The notes under the pieces: generated by a model
The model's input: the letters and a program-made list of their open reading frames with translations, nothing else
Told to the model about the DNA's origin: nothing
The model's database searches: none
Position numbers and translations under genes: made by a program
Assembly: GCA_027459825.1 (NCBI GenBank)
Contig: DAIDGT010000005.1
Span: 1-58,407, forward strand
Length of the DNA stretch: 58,407 bases
Reading direction: 5' to 3'
DNA from: a bacterium
Lineage (GTDB): Bacteria; Patescibacteriota; Dojkabacteria; JAKAPS01; JAJZLI01
In this document: positions 28,982 to 43,760 of the stretch, in pieces
Layout: every line of letters starts with the position of its first letter
How positions within the stretch are numbered: position 1 is the stretch's first letter

Positions 28982-28992
28982 TTTATAAAAAT

Positions 28993-30738
28993 ATGTTGAG
29001 TTTTAAAAACCTTTGTAAATATTTTGTAAATATTGAAAATACATCTTCTAGGCTAGAGATACAATCTCAGTTATGTTCTCTCTTTAAGCTTGTTGATGAA
29101 AATAATATAGATAAACTAATATATGTATTGGATGGTAAAGTGGATCCTGGATATATTAATAGTGTTTTTAACTTTGGAGAAAAAATGTTTATTAATATAT
29201 TATGTGATATTTTTAAGAAAAGTAATATAGATGTAAAGAATTTATTGGCTGAATTTGGTGATTTGGGTTTAGTATATGAATTCCTTAAAAAGGCGGAAAA
29301 GGGTGAAGGTATTTCTTTTGCTGAGGTATATAATTCTTTGAAAAAAATTACTCAAATATCGGGAAATAAATCTGTTGAAATAAAATCTAGTATTGTTAAA
29401 GGAATGTTGTTAAAATTTACTCCTTTGGAAGGAAAGTTTTATATACGAATAATTTTAGGGAAGTTGAGGTTGGGTTTTAGTAATAAAACTATATTAGATG
29501 CCTTGTCGTGTGTAATTAGTGGTGATCGATCTTGTAAAGAAAATATTGAATCTGCATATGCTAAATGTTCTGATTTAGGAAAAGTTGCGAAATTTGCCAT
29601 ATTTCACTTTAATGATTTGAAAAATCTTGGTATTATTCCTGGTATTCCAATTTTTTCAAAACTAGTTGAGCGCTCTTCTTCTTTTGATGATGCATTGAAT
29701 AGGTATGGTAAGGTTTTCGCACAACCAAAATTAGATGGTATGAGGTGCCAAATACATATTACATCTTCTAAAGACATTTATCTTTTTAGTAGGAATCTTG
29801 AAAATATTACTGATATGTTTCCTGATGTAGTAGATAATTTAAAAAAAATACAAATAAGTAATGGAGTAATTTTAGATTCCGAAATTGTTGGATTCAATCC
29901 TAGTAATAATAAATTATTGACTTTTCAGGAAACCATAAAGAGAAAGAGGAAATATAAGGTTAGTTTTTTTCAACAAGATATTCCTATAAAAGTATTTGTT
30001 TTTGATATTATGTTTTATAACAGTAAATCTTTAATTGATGTTTCTCTTACAGAAAGATTGGATTTATTAAATAAAATTTTTATTTCTTCTGAGAATAATG
30101 AAAATAATATATATGTGATTGAAAATTATCTTTTTAATAATTCTGAAGATCTTTATGAGTATTTTGAATCTATGATAGAAAAAGGTCTTGAAGGTTTAGT
30201 TTTAAAATCCCCTGATAGTCTTTATACTCCTGGTGTTAGAAATTTTGATTGGATGAAACTTAAGAGAGGATATTTAAAAGGTGTTGTAGATACTATCGAT
30301 GTAGTAATACTTGGATATTATGCTGGTGGTGGGTTTAGAGCAAAATTTGGAGTTGGTGCAATACTCGTTGGTGTTTATAATAAAGAAAAAGATAGATTTG
30401 AAAGTATTTGTAAGGTTGGGAGTGGTTTTAAAAATGAAGATTTGCCTATTTTGAAATTAAAAATGGATGAATTTCGTATTTTAGATAAACCTTATAATTA
30501 TTATGTTAACGAAAGTTTGGTTCCTGATGTATGGGTTAAACCAGAGATTGTTATTACTGTTAGGTCTGATGAAATAACTAAAAGTCCTATTCATACTGCT
30601 GGTGTTTCTGGTGACACCCTAGGTTTTGCTTTAAGATTTCCTCGTATTATTAGTTATCGTAAGGACAAGTCTGCTTTTGATACTACTGGTGTTTCTGAGG
30701 TTGAAAGGTTGTATAAAATTGAGCATGGAATGATATAA
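28993..30738 (+). CDS. ATP-dependent DNA ligase (archaeal/LigB type, with N-terminal DNA-binding domain)
   Basis: QPKLDGMRCQIH, FDIMF, EGLVLK, WMKLKR, LRFPRI...RKDK. Start may be TTG 28978 or ATG 28993. Confidence 0.92.
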   Translation: MLSFKNLCKYFVNIENTSSRLEIQSQLCSLFKLVDENNIDKLIYVLDGKVDPGYINSVFNFGEKMFINILCDIFKKSNIDVKNLLAEFGDLGLVYEFLKKAEKGEGISFAEVYNSLKKITQISGNKSVEIKSSIVKGMLLKFTPLEGKFYIRIILGKLRLGFSNKTILDALSCVISGDRSCKENIESAYAKCSDLGKVAKFAIFHFNDLKNLGIIPGIPIFSKLVERSSSFDDALNRYGKVFAQPKLDGMRCQIHITSSKDIYLFSRNLENITDMFPDVVDNLKKIQISNGVILDSEIVGFNPSNNKLLTFQETIKRKRKYKVSFFQQDIPIKVFVFDIMFYNSKSLIDVSLTERLDLLNKIFISSENNENNIYVIENYLFNNSEDLYEYFESMIEKGLEGLVLKSPDSLYTPGVRNFDWMKLKRGYLKGVVDTIDVVILGYYAGGGFRAKFGVGAILVGVYNKEKDRFESICKVGSGFKNEDLPILKLKMDEFRILDKPYNYYVNESLVPDVWVKPEIVITVRSDEITKSPIHTAGVSGDTLGFALRFPRIISYRKDKSAFDTTGVSEVERLYKIEHGMI

Positions 30739-30750
30739 TCTCGATATTAT

Positions 30751-31875
30751 ATGCTAAAAACTTTTAAAGAGAATAAAAAGAGGACAGTTCTTGTTGCTAT
30801 GTCAGGTGGTGTAGATAGCTCTGTTGCTGCGTATTTATTAAAGAAACAGGGATATAACTTGATTGGTATTAACATGAAATTTTGGACAGAAGATTCTGGT
30901 GTTTCTTCAGGTCACCTGTCTGCGAAGGATAATAAGTGTTGTTCTATTGAAGGTGTTGAAGATGCAAGAAGTGTTTGTGATAAATTAGGTATCCCTTTTT
31001 ATGTTCTAAATTTTAAAGATGATTTTAAAAAAGATATTGTTGAGTATTTTATTTCATCTTTTAAATTAGGATTAACTCCAAATCCTTGTGTAATGTGTAA
31101 CAAAAAAATAAAATTTGGACTTTTATATGAAAAACTAAAAGAATTTAATGCAGATTTTGTTGCTACTGGTCACTATGCGAGAATTATTAATAAAGGTGAA
31201 AAATATTTTTTATCTAGATCTGTAGATATATCTAAGGATCAATCTTATTTCTTGCATAATATTTCTCCTCTTGTTTTGTCTAATACTTTATTTCCAATTG
31301 GAGAGATTGTTAGTAAAGAGAAGGTAAGGCATATTGCTAAAGAGGCAAATTTAAGAATATCTGCTAAACAAGATAGTCAGGAAATATGTTTTATTCCTGG
31401 TAATGATTATAAAGGATTTATTCAAAGAAATGTACCTATTTCTTCACAGAAAGGAAATATAGTTGATAAAGAGGGTAATATCTTGGGGCAGCATGATGGA
31501 CTTTCTTTTTATACTGTTGCTCAAAGAAGAGGTATAAATACTAAATTAACAAAACCATTGTATGTAATTAAAAAAAATTATAAAGATAATACTCTTGTGG
31601 TAGGTGATATAGAGGATTGTAAAACTTATAATTTTGAGATAAATAACTTTAATCGATTGGTTGAATCTTTTAATCTAGATAATGTAAGGATTCAAATAAG
31701 GTATAGGGGAAAATTACTTGAACTTGAAAATATTAAATATTCTAGAGATAATCCGAATACGCTTGCTGTTAAATTGAAAGATGGAGAGATAGGTGTAGCT
31801 TCAGGTCAATTTGGTGTTTTGTATGATGGTAATTATGTAATTGGTGGAGGAGTGATTAATACTAATATTAATTAA
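30751..31875 (+). CDS. mnmA: tRNA 2-thiouridylase MnmA
   Basis: AMSGGVDSSV, TPNPCVMCN, ATGHYAR, KDQSYFL, DSQEICF. Confidence 0.96.
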   Translation: MLKTFKENKKRTVLVAMSGGVDSSVAAYLLKKQGYNLIGINMKFWTEDSGVSSGHLSAKDNKCCSIEGVEDARSVCDKLGIPFYVLNFKDDFKKDIVEYFISSFKLGLTPNPCVMCNKKIKFGLLYEKLKEFNADFVATGHYARIINKGEKYFLSRSVDISKDQSYFLHNISPLVLSNTLFPIGEIVSKEKVRHIAKEANLRISAKQDSQEICFIPGNDYKGFIQRNVPISSQKGNIVDKEGNILGQHDGLSFYTVAQRRGINTKLTKPLYVIKKNYKDNTLVVGDIEDCKTYNFEINNFNRLVESFNLDNVRIQIRYRGKLLELENIKYSRDNPNTLAVKLKDGEIGVASGQFGVLYDGNYVIGGGVINTNIN

Positions 31876-31884
31876 TTATAATAA

Positions 31885-32307
31885 ATGAATATAGATTTTT
31901 ATAAATTGTTAAATTTTAAATATTTGGTTCAGACACCTCCAAGTACATTTGTATTTTTTGTTCCTATAATAACTATTATAGGAATTCTTTTTTGTATATG
32001 GGTTCTGTTTATGTATTATTATGTTTTCAAAATTGAGAAGGGGAGTCCAAAATTTAAATATTTCAAGAAAGTAAGTTGGACAGCTTTTATTTTTTCTGTA
32101 ATTTTAACATTTGTTTTATATGCTCGCAGAGTATTTATTCCTATGTATACAAGGTTAGATATTATTGTACTTTTATTTTTTACTGTAGTACTATTCTGTG
32201 TATTCTTCTATTATTTTTTATTTTCATTGGGTAAAGATACAGTGGATTACTATAAGGAAATTACTAAAAGAAAGTATATGCCTAAGAAATTAAAGAAAAG
32301 AAAGTAG
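31885..32307 (+). CDS. Hypothetical 3-TM membrane protein
   Basis: Three hydrophobic helices and a basic tail KRKYMPKKLKKRK. Confidence 0.7.
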   Translation: MNIDFYKLLNFKYLVQTPPSTFVFFVPIITIIGILFCIWVLFMYYYVFKIEKGSPKFKYFKKVSWTAFIFSVILTFVLYARRVFIPMYTRLDIIVLLFFTVVLFCVFFYYFLFSLGKDTVDYYKEITKRKYMPKKLKKRK

Positions 32308-32328
32308 TCTATTATTGAATTATGTTTC

Positions 32329-32357
32329 TTGACTTTTAGTTAGCTAAATGATATAAG
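32329..32357 (+). promoter_or_regulatory. rRNA operon promoter
   Basis: TTGACT-17-TATAAG upstream of the 16S processing stem. Confidence 0.55.
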
Positions 32358-32449
32358 TTTGTCATTGTATTGTCCTTTTTATAATTTGAAAGTAGCAGGT
32401 CTTTTAGAGATTCAGGATTTTTTTAATGTTAATCCTAAAAAAAATATTT

Positions 32450-33957
<1,508 letters not shown>

Positions 33958-34038
33958 TAAGGAGTAAATTTAAACCCTTTGGATCTGTATATGGTACCTG
34001 CTACTTTTAAATTATATAATGGATATAGTGCATTTATT

Positions 34039-34112
34039 GGGCGACTAGCTCAGTTGGTTAGAGCGCAGTCCTGATAAGACTGAGGTCCATGGTTCGATCC
34101 CATGGCCGCCCA
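34039..34112 (+). tRNA. tRNA-Ile(GAU)
   Basis: Cloverleaf in the 16S-23S spacer, loop CT-GAT-AA. Confidence 0.95.
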
Positions 34113-34122
34113 GTTTTATTTT

Positions 34123-34195
34123 GGGGACGTAGCTTAGTTGGTATAGCGCTTCATTTGCACTGAAGAGGTCAGGAGTTCGAATCTCCTCGTCTCCA
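34123..34195 (+). tRNA. tRNA-Ala(UGC)
   Basis: Cloverleaf, loop TT-TGC-AC, G3:U70 pair. Confidence 0.95.
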
Positions 34196-34265
34196 TGAAA
34201 TTACAATGCTCTTTTAAAAGTGAATATTGTTCAAATAATGGGTATAAGTAATCATTTTGTTACTT

Positions 34266-37394
<3,129 letters not shown>

Positions 37395-37486
37395 AGTTGC
37401 AAAAGGTTATTTTTACCATTATTTTAATATTCACTTTTAAAAGGGCATTTAATTTTTTAAAATTTTTTGTTATAATTTGTTAAATT

Positions 37487-37592
37487 TCTTGGTGATATTA
37501 GCAAAGTAGAACTACCTCTTTCCATTCCGAACAGAGTCGTAAAATGCTTTAGCGCCGAAAATACTATTAGGGAAGATAGGTCATTGCCAAGA
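37487..37592 (+). rRNA. rrf: 5S rRNA (short)
   Basis: TCTTGGTGAT...TTGCCAAGA terminal helix, CCATTCCGAAC, GCGCCGA. Confidence 0.9.
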
Positions 37593-37605
37593 TTTTATTT
37601 TTTAT

Positions 37606-38727
37606 ATGGTTAAAAAAAATACTAATAAAAAGGAATCTTTTTCTGAATTATTAAAAAATAAATCCTTAAATGTTTTTCCTTTAAATAAAGGAGATATTGT
37701 TGATGCTAAAATTTTAAAAATTGTTAATGGAACTGTTTTTGTAGATTTAAATTATAGATCAGAAGGTTATATTTTTGGGTCTGAACTTAGGTCTCCTGAA
37801 TTATCACAAGATGATATTGTTCCTGGCAAAACAATTTCTGTTTATGTTCTGAATCCTGAGAATGAAAATGGGCAAGTAGAACTATCCTTGCGTAGGACTG
37901 ATGATATTAGAAAATGGGATAGATTGGAAAGTGCATGGAAGGATAATTCTATAATGGAGGTTACTGTTACAGATTATAATAGCGGAGGCGTTTTAGTAGA
38001 TATTGGTAATAAGTTTTCTGGATTTGTTCCTATTTCTCAACTAGATTTTTCTCGTTTATTTAAAGAGGGTGTAAATATAAATGATGTTTCAGAAAAATTG
38101 AATTCTCTTATTGGCACTAAACTATCTGTCAAAATTATTGAGTTAGATAAATCAAAGGACAGAATTATATTATCAGAAAAATTAGCATCTAATAGTGAAG
38201 ATGTAAAATTAAGGAATAAAACCCTTAAAAATGTTAAATTGAATGATGTTCTTGATGGTGTTGTTACTGGTGTTACTTCTTATGGACTATTTGTAACTGC
38301 TCAGGGACTTGAAGGTTTGGTACATTTGTCTGAGATTTCTTGGGATAAAGTTACTACTCCTTCTGATTTTTACAAAGTTGGAGATCAAGTAAAGGTTCAA
38401 ATTATTGGTATGGGGGATGATGGAAAAAGAGTTGCTTATTCAATAAAACGTTTACAGGCAGATACTTGGGATAATGCTATTTCTCAGTATAAAGTAGGAC
38501 AGGTAGTGAAAGGTGTTGTTCAAAGGATAGTTGAATATGGTGTTTTTGTAAGGATATCGGAAGGTATTAATGGGCTTATACATATATCAGAACTTTCAGA
38601 TGAACCTGTAAATAATATTAATGATGTTGTTAAAGTTGGTGATACATTGGATTTGAAAGTATTATCGATTTCTCCTACAGAAAGACATTTAGGTTTAAGT
38701 TTGAAAAGAGCTAAGTTGTCTGAATGA
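37606..38727 (+). CDS. rpsA: Ribosomal protein bS1 (four S1 domains)
   Basis: Repeated S1 motifs (GFVPISQL, GLVHLSEISW, GLIHISELS). Confidence 0.92.
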   Translation: MVKKNTNKKESFSELLKNKSLNVFPLNKGDIVDAKILKIVNGTVFVDLNYRSEGYIFGSELRSPELSQDDIVPGKTISVYVLNPENENGQVELSLRRTDDIRKWDRLESAWKDNSIMEVTVTDYNSGGVLVDIGNKFSGFVPISQLDFSRLFKEGVNINDVSEKLNSLIGTKLSVKIIELDKSKDRIILSEKLASNSEDVKLRNKTLKNVKLNDVLDGVVTGVTSYGLFVTAQGLEGLVHLSEISWDKVTTPSDFYKVGDQVKVQIIGMGDDGKRVAYSIKRLQADTWDNAISQYKVGQVVKGVVQRIVEYGVFVRISEGINGLIHISELSDEPVNNINDVVKVGDTLDLKVLSISPTERHLGLSLKRAKLSE

Positions 38728-38795
38728 TTTTAACCTATTTTTTATTATCCCTCTTTATATTTGTGTTATAATATTTATTGTTATTACTATTGTGT

Positions 38796-41264
38796 ATGAA
38801 AGCTTTTAAAAAACTTTCTTTAAATGCAGTTGAAGCAATTAAGGGTGCTTATAAATATGCCCAAAAATCAGGTTCTGAGTATGTGGAATTAAAGCATCTA
38901 TTTTTGGCTATTATTAATCAAAAGGAGACTTTAGTCTCTAAAGCCTTTGAAAGTGTTAATTTTAAATCATCCGTATCATTTCAAAACTTTATTGATATAT
39001 CTGGTGAAGAAGTTGATTTTATTGATAAAGTAATTCTATTATCGGTAGATTTTGAAAGGGCATTATCGAATGCTTATCATATCGCTCACAGTTTTCATCA
39101 TGTTTATGTTGGTACTGAACATCTACTATTAGGGTTATTACAGATTAGAGAAAATTCTTTTGTAAAAGAACTTAGCAAGTTTGCTATTGATTATGACTAT
39201 GCATATAACTTACTTGTAAACTATGGTAATTATCCTCCTGGAATTTTTTATCAGAATAGTAATGTAGTTAAATCTTTAGAAAATAAGCCTTCTGTAATAG
39301 CTAATTTAGCAATCAATTTAAATGAAGTAGTTAAATTATCTAAAAATCAGTCTGCTTTTGTAGGTAGGGATAAGGAAATTAACAGAATAATACAGATACT
39401 GTCTAGGAGAGATAAGAATAATCCAATACTTATAGGAGAAGCAGGTGTAGGAAAAACAGCACTTGTTAAACAATTAGCATATAGGATTGTGTCTAAAAAT
39501 GTTCCTGAGAATTTGCTAGATTTTGAAATTTGGAGTTTAGATATATCTAAATTAATGATTTCAACGGAAATGAGAGGTGAATTAGAAACAAAAATTAATT
39601 CTTTACTAGAAGAAATTAAGCAACGTGGTAATGTTATCTTATTTATAGATGAAGTTCATATGATATTTAATACTGGTGGTAATTTTTCGAGTAATGATAT
39701 TGCAAATATGTTAAAGCCTCATTTGGTCAGTGAATATTTTAGATGTATTGGTGCTACAACTTTTTATGAGTATCAACGATATTTTGAAAATGATAATGCA
39801 TTAAATAGGCGTTTTTTGCCAGTAAAAGTTAATGAATTGTCTAAAGAAGATACTCTTGAAGTTATAAAAAGTGTAAAGCTTGAAATTGAAAAATACCATA
39901 AAGTTAAAATTAGTGATGATAGCATTGTTGATGCTGTAAATTTGTCTGACCGTTTTATAGTAGATAGATTTTTTCCTGATAAAGCAATTGATTTAATAGA
40001 AGAAGCTGCAACCTTAAAAAATATTGAAAGTAATAAATATTCAAAGAGTTTACTTAATATGCAGTCTGAATTGCAGAGAGTTATTCGTAAGAAAGAGAGT
40101 TATTTAAGTAATCAAAAATATTTACAATCATTATATTTTCGGAACAAAGAAAGGTTTTTAATATCAAAGATAAAGGATATTAATGAAGTTGCTTTGTCAG
40201 ATATGCGGATTGTAGATAGGAAAGATTTGATTAATGTTGTGTCTACCTGGACAGATATTCCCGTCTTTAATATTCTAAATAATGGCTTAAGGGATATTTC
40301 TAAAATAAAAAAGGAAATTAGGTCAGAAATTATTGGTCAAGATAATGCTGTTAGTAGAGTTATGGATATAATGATGTCTGCTAGAGTAGGTTTAAGAGAT
40401 GAAAATCGCCCTATAGGTATATTTCTTTTCATAGGACCTACGGGTGTGGGAAAAACTGAGCTGGCAAAACAAATTGCTACGAAGTATATGGGTGGAAAAA
40501 AATCTTTGATTCAAATTGACATGAGTGAATATATGGAGTCTCATAGCGTTTCGAAATTTATTGGATCTCCTCCTGGGTATGTTGGATATCAAGAAGGTGG
40601 GAAGTTATCAGAATCTGTAAAAAATCATCCATATTCGGTTATTTTGTTTGATGAAATAGAAAAAGCACATCCTGATGTCTTGAACATCCTTTTGCAGATT
40701 ATGGAAGAAGGTCATTTGACTGATAGTAGAGGAAAATTTGTAAACTTTAAAAATACTATTATTATTTTAACATCCAATATTGGGTCAGAAATAATAGAAT
40801 CTAATAGTGTTTTGGGTTTTAATATTGAGTCATATAATTCCACAAAGACTCAGATTAATGAAGAATATGAAAAAGTGGAAGAGAAAACTTTGTCTAGGTT
40901 AAAGGAGTATTTATTGCCTGAATTTTTGAATCGCATTGATGATGTTATTATTTTTAGGTCATTAAATAAAAGTGATGCATTTAAGATTGCTAAAAAACTA
41001 GCAATAGACTTTAGTAAAAAATCAGAAAAAATTGGTTTGTATGTTTCATTTACAGATTCTTTTATTAGCTTTATTGCTGAAAAGGGTTTTAGTGAAGAAT
41101 TTGGTGCTAGGCAGATTAAAAGAGTTTTTAATAAGTATGCTGAAACATCTTTATCTACTTATTTAATAGAAAATAAGATTTTTTCTTCTCAGGTTTATAA
41201 ATCTAAATTAAGCTTGACCCTAAGTATAGATTCTCTTGAGAAGATAGAAGTTATTGCAAATTAA
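38796..41264 (+). CDS. clpC: Clp protease ATP-binding subunit ClpC-like
   Basis: Clp-N repeats (VGTEHLLL), GEAGVGKT, DRFFPDKAIDL, GPTGVGKT, DMSEY, LGF ClpP-docking loop. Confidence 0.9.
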   Translation: MKAFKKLSLNAVEAIKGAYKYAQKSGSEYVELKHLFLAIINQKETLVSKAFESVNFKSSVSFQNFIDISGEEVDFIDKVILLSVDFERALSNAYHIAHSFHHVYVGTEHLLLGLLQIRENSFVKELSKFAIDYDYAYNLLVNYGNYPPGIFYQNSNVVKSLENKPSVIANLAINLNEVVKLSKNQSAFVGRDKEINRIIQILSRRDKNNPILIGEAGVGKTALVKQLAYRIVSKNVPENLLDFEIWSLDISKLMISTEMRGELETKINSLLEEIKQRGNVILFIDEVHMIFNTGGNFSSNDIANMLKPHLVSEYFRCIGATTFYEYQRYFENDNALNRRFLPVKVNELSKEDTLEVIKSVKLEIEKYHKVKISDDSIVDAVNLSDRFIVDRFFPDKAIDLIEEAATLKNIESNKYSKSLLNMQSELQRVIRKKESYLSNQKYLQSLYFRNKERFLISKIKDINEVALSDMRIVDRKDLINVVSTWTDIPVFNILNNGLRDISKIKKEIRSEIIGQDNAVSRVMDIMMSARVGLRDENRPIGIFLFIGPTGVGKTELAKQIATKYMGGKKSLIQIDMSEYMESHSVSKFIGSPPGYVGYQEGGKLSESVKNHPYSVILFDEIEKAHPDVLNILLQIMEEGHLTDSRGKFVNFKNTIIILTSNIGSEIIESNSVLGFNIESYNSTKTQINEEYEKVEEKTLSRLKEYLLPEFLNRIDDVIIFRSLNKSDAFKIAKKLAIDFSKKSEKIGLYVSFTDSFISFIAEKGFSEEFGARQIKRVFNKYAETSLSTYLIENKIFSSQVYKSKLSLTLSIDSLEKIEVIAN

Positions 41265-41271
41265 CCCCAAC

Positions 41272-41308
41272 TTATCCACATTTATTCTCCTTGTTATACT
41301 TATCCACA
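41272..41308 (+). promoter_or_regulatory. Two perfect DnaA boxes in direct orientation
   Basis: TTATCCACA at 41272-41280 and 41300-41308; a degenerate TTAACCCCA at 41261-41269. Confidence 0.75.
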
Positions 41309-41361
41309 TATTTAATTTTGGCCTTAAATACAGCATATTTTTAGGTAACTTTTCTATGGGC

Positions 41362-41390
41362 TTGACAATAATTTATCTATAGGGTAAAAT
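41362..41390 (+). promoter_or_regulatory. Near-consensus sigma70 promoter
   Basis: TTGACA-17-TAAAAT. Confidence 0.8.
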
Positions 41391-41396
41391 TTAGGT

Positions 41397-41551
41397 GTTC
41401 TTTGATGATGAATGTATTTCCCTGGGTCTGGTTGGTAAAAGAAGCTTAACTGGTCCCATGGAAATACATTTATTGTCTTTAAATAATAAATTATGGAATA
41501 AGTAACTTATTATTTGGGATCGATAAGGGGCAGTATCGATCCCTTATTTTT
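41397..41551 (+). ncRNA. Candidate structured small RNA or rho leader
   Basis: Long hairpin at 41404-41477 with several G-U pairs on the + strand, a promoter upstream and a terminator-like hairpin downstream. Confidence 0.6.
41516..41551 (+). terminator. Terminator-like hairpin
   Basis: GGGATCGATA-8 nt-TATCGATCCC followed by TTATTTTT. Confidence 0.65.
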
Positions 41552-41665
41552 ATCTTGATATTTTTTTTCCTTTGTTATATTATATATAGAAGTATATTGT
41601 TTATTGCGTTTTAATCCATATTTTTACTTTAAATATTCATAGTGGTTAAATATATTTTTTGATTT

Positions 41666-42928
41666 ATGAAAGAAGATTATTCATTACAAAGCCTAGATTC
41701 TAAAAATTTAGCAGATTTACGCATAATTGCTGAAAAAATAAAGGTTCCTGATTATCAGGAAGTTAATAAAAGAGATTTAATATTTAAAATTCTTAAAACT
41801 GTAGATCCTGAAGAGGTTAATATCAGTGTTGAAGGTATATTAGAAATCATAAATGATGGTATGCATGGAGTTTTAAGGTCATATACCTTACTGCCAGGAG
41901 AGAATGATGTCTATATATCTGGATCTCAAATAAAGAAGTTTAATTTAAAACAAGGAGATTATATTCATGGTAAAGCTAGGTTACCTAAGGACAATGAAAG
42001 ATATCTAAGTTTACTGAAGATTGATAAGATTAACTCCAAAGAACCTGATGAAGCAGCAAAAAGAATTTCCTTTGAAAGGTTAACTCCTATTTTCCCAGAT
42101 AAACAGATAATTTTAGAAATAGACCAATTTCGTTTGTCTAATAGGGTTATTGATTTATTGTCTCCTATAGGTAAAGGGCAACGAGGAATGATTGTTTCTC
42201 CGCCTAAATCAGGAAAAACCACATTATTAAAAGATATAGCTGACGGAATATCCAATAATTCTAAAGATATACACTTGATGGTTTTATTAATTGGAGAACG
42301 TCCGGAAGAAGTTACTGATATGCGTAGATCAATTAAGGGAGATGTATTTGCTTCAAATTTTGATGACCAGCCTGATAATCAGATTAAGGTTGCAGAAATT
42401 GCACTCGATAGAGCAAAAAGATTAGTAGAGGATGGGGTTGATGTTGTTATCCTATTAGATAGTTTAACTAGGTTAGCTAGAGCATACAATATTGTTGTTC
42501 CTCCGTCTGGTAGGACATTGTCAGGAGGATTTGATCCAATAGCTCTTTATCCTCCAAAGAAATTTTTTGGTTCAGCTAGGAATTTAGAGGAACATGGTAG
42601 TTTAACTATTATAGCTACTGCATTAGTTGATACAGGAAGTAGGATGGATGATCTTGTTTATGAAGAATTTAAAGGTACTGGGAATATGGAATTACATTTG
42701 GATAGACAGCTTGCAGAAAGAAGAATTTATCCTGCTATTGATGTTGTAAAGTCTGGTACGAGACATGAAGAAAAACTCTTATCTTCTGATATTTTAAATC
42801 AGTCTTGGAGGGTTAGAAGGATGTTGGATACATTAAAGATAGGAGAGAGTAGTGAATTGTTATTAGATAGATTAAAGAAAACAAAAAGTAATGAAGAATT
42901 TCTTATGACATTGCATGAAAGTTTTTAA
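41666..42928 (+). CDS. rho: Transcription termination factor Rho
   Basis: [60 protein letters not shown]. Confidence 0.97.
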   Translation: MKEDYSLQSLDSKNLADLRIIAEKIKVPDYQEVNKRDLIFKILKTVDPEEVNISVEGILEIINDGMHGVLRSYTLLPGENDVYISGSQIKKFNLKQGDYIHGKARLPKDNERYLSLLKIDKINSKEPDEAAKRISFERLTPIFPDKQIILEIDQFRLSNRVIDLLSPIGKGQRGMIVSPPKSGKTTLLKDIADGISNNSKDIHLMVLLIGERPEEVTDMRRSIKGDVFASNFDDQPDNQIKVAEIALDRAKRLVEDGVDVVILLDSLTRLARAYNIVVPPSGRTLSGGFDPIALYPPKKFFGSARNLEEHGSLTIIATALVDTGSRMDDLVYEEFKGTGNMELHLDRQLAERRIYPAIDVVKSGTRHEEKLLSSDILNQSWRVRRMLDTLKIGESSELLLDRLKKTKSNEEFLMTLHESF

Positions 42929-43065
42929 TCTCTTTTAGTTGAATTATATAAATAGTATTTGTTTTTTAGTAAAGATATTCCTTTGTATTATTAATTAATT
43001 GATATTGTGTATTTTTTCTGTTAAAATTCTTGGATTAATTTTATTATTTAGGGGTAAATATTATT

Positions 43066-43668
43066 ATGAGCAAGTATGAAAGAAGTTTAGTTTTAGTTAA
43101 GCATGATGGTGTTGCTAGAGGTTTGGTAGGAGAGTTTATAACTCGATTCGAAAGAGTTGGTTTGAAAATTGTTGGAGTAAAATTTTTAAAACCTAATCAG
43201 GATATTGCAGAAAAGCATTATCCTTCGACAGATGAATGGTTAAATGCTGTTGGAAATAAAGTTTTAAAGGATTGTACTGAACGTAATATTAATGTAGATA
43301 AAATTTTTGGTACAGATAACCCAGTTGAGATTGGAAGGGTTATAAAAAAGTGGAATGTTGAATTTTTAACTTTTGGTCCTGTTTTAGCTATTGTTTTTGA
43401 GGGACCTGATGCAATAAGGGTAATAAGGAAGTTAGTTGGTAGTACAAATCCTGTAGAGGCATTACCAGGTACTATTAGGGGTGATTATACTTGGGATAAT
43501 GGAGATTTGTCCAATATACAATCAAGACCATTTTATAATTTAATTCATGCATCAAGTAGTATTGAAGATGCTAAAAATGAGATCAATCTTTGGTTTTCAC
43601 CTAATGAACTATATGATTATGAGCTTGGTCACCATTCAGTGATGGGGTGGCATAAGAAATTATCCTAA
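43066..43668 (+). CDS. ndk: Nucleoside diphosphate kinase
   Basis: ERSLVLVKHDGV, GSTNP.EALPGTIRGD, NLIHAS. Confidence 0.92.
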   Translation: MSKYERSLVLVKHDGVARGLVGEFITRFERVGLKIVGVKFLKPNQDIAEKHYPSTDEWLNAVGNKVLKDCTERNINVDKIFGTDNPVEIGRVIKKWNVEFLTFGPVLAIVFEGPDAIRVIRKLVGSTNPVEALPGTIRGDYTWDNGDLSNIQSRPFYNLIHASSSIEDAKNEINLWFSPNELYDYELGHHSVMGWHKKLS

Positions 43669-43683
43669 TTTTTGATTATAATT

Positions 43684-43757
43684 GTCCCTGTAGCTCAGTT
43701 TGGAAGAGTGCCTCGGTCCTAACGAGGAGGTCATAGGTTCGAGCCCTATCAGGGATA
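43684..43757 (+). tRNA. tRNA-Arg(CCU)
   Basis: Cloverleaf GTCCCTG/CAGGGAT, loop GT-CCT-AA. Confidence 0.92.
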
Positions 43758-43760
43758 TAT

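Noticed and set aside
41261-41660. Replication origin
   Set aside because: Only two perfect DnaA boxes, no dnaA/dnaN nearby, and no visible switch in strand bias or gene orientation. Kept as a regulatory site instead.
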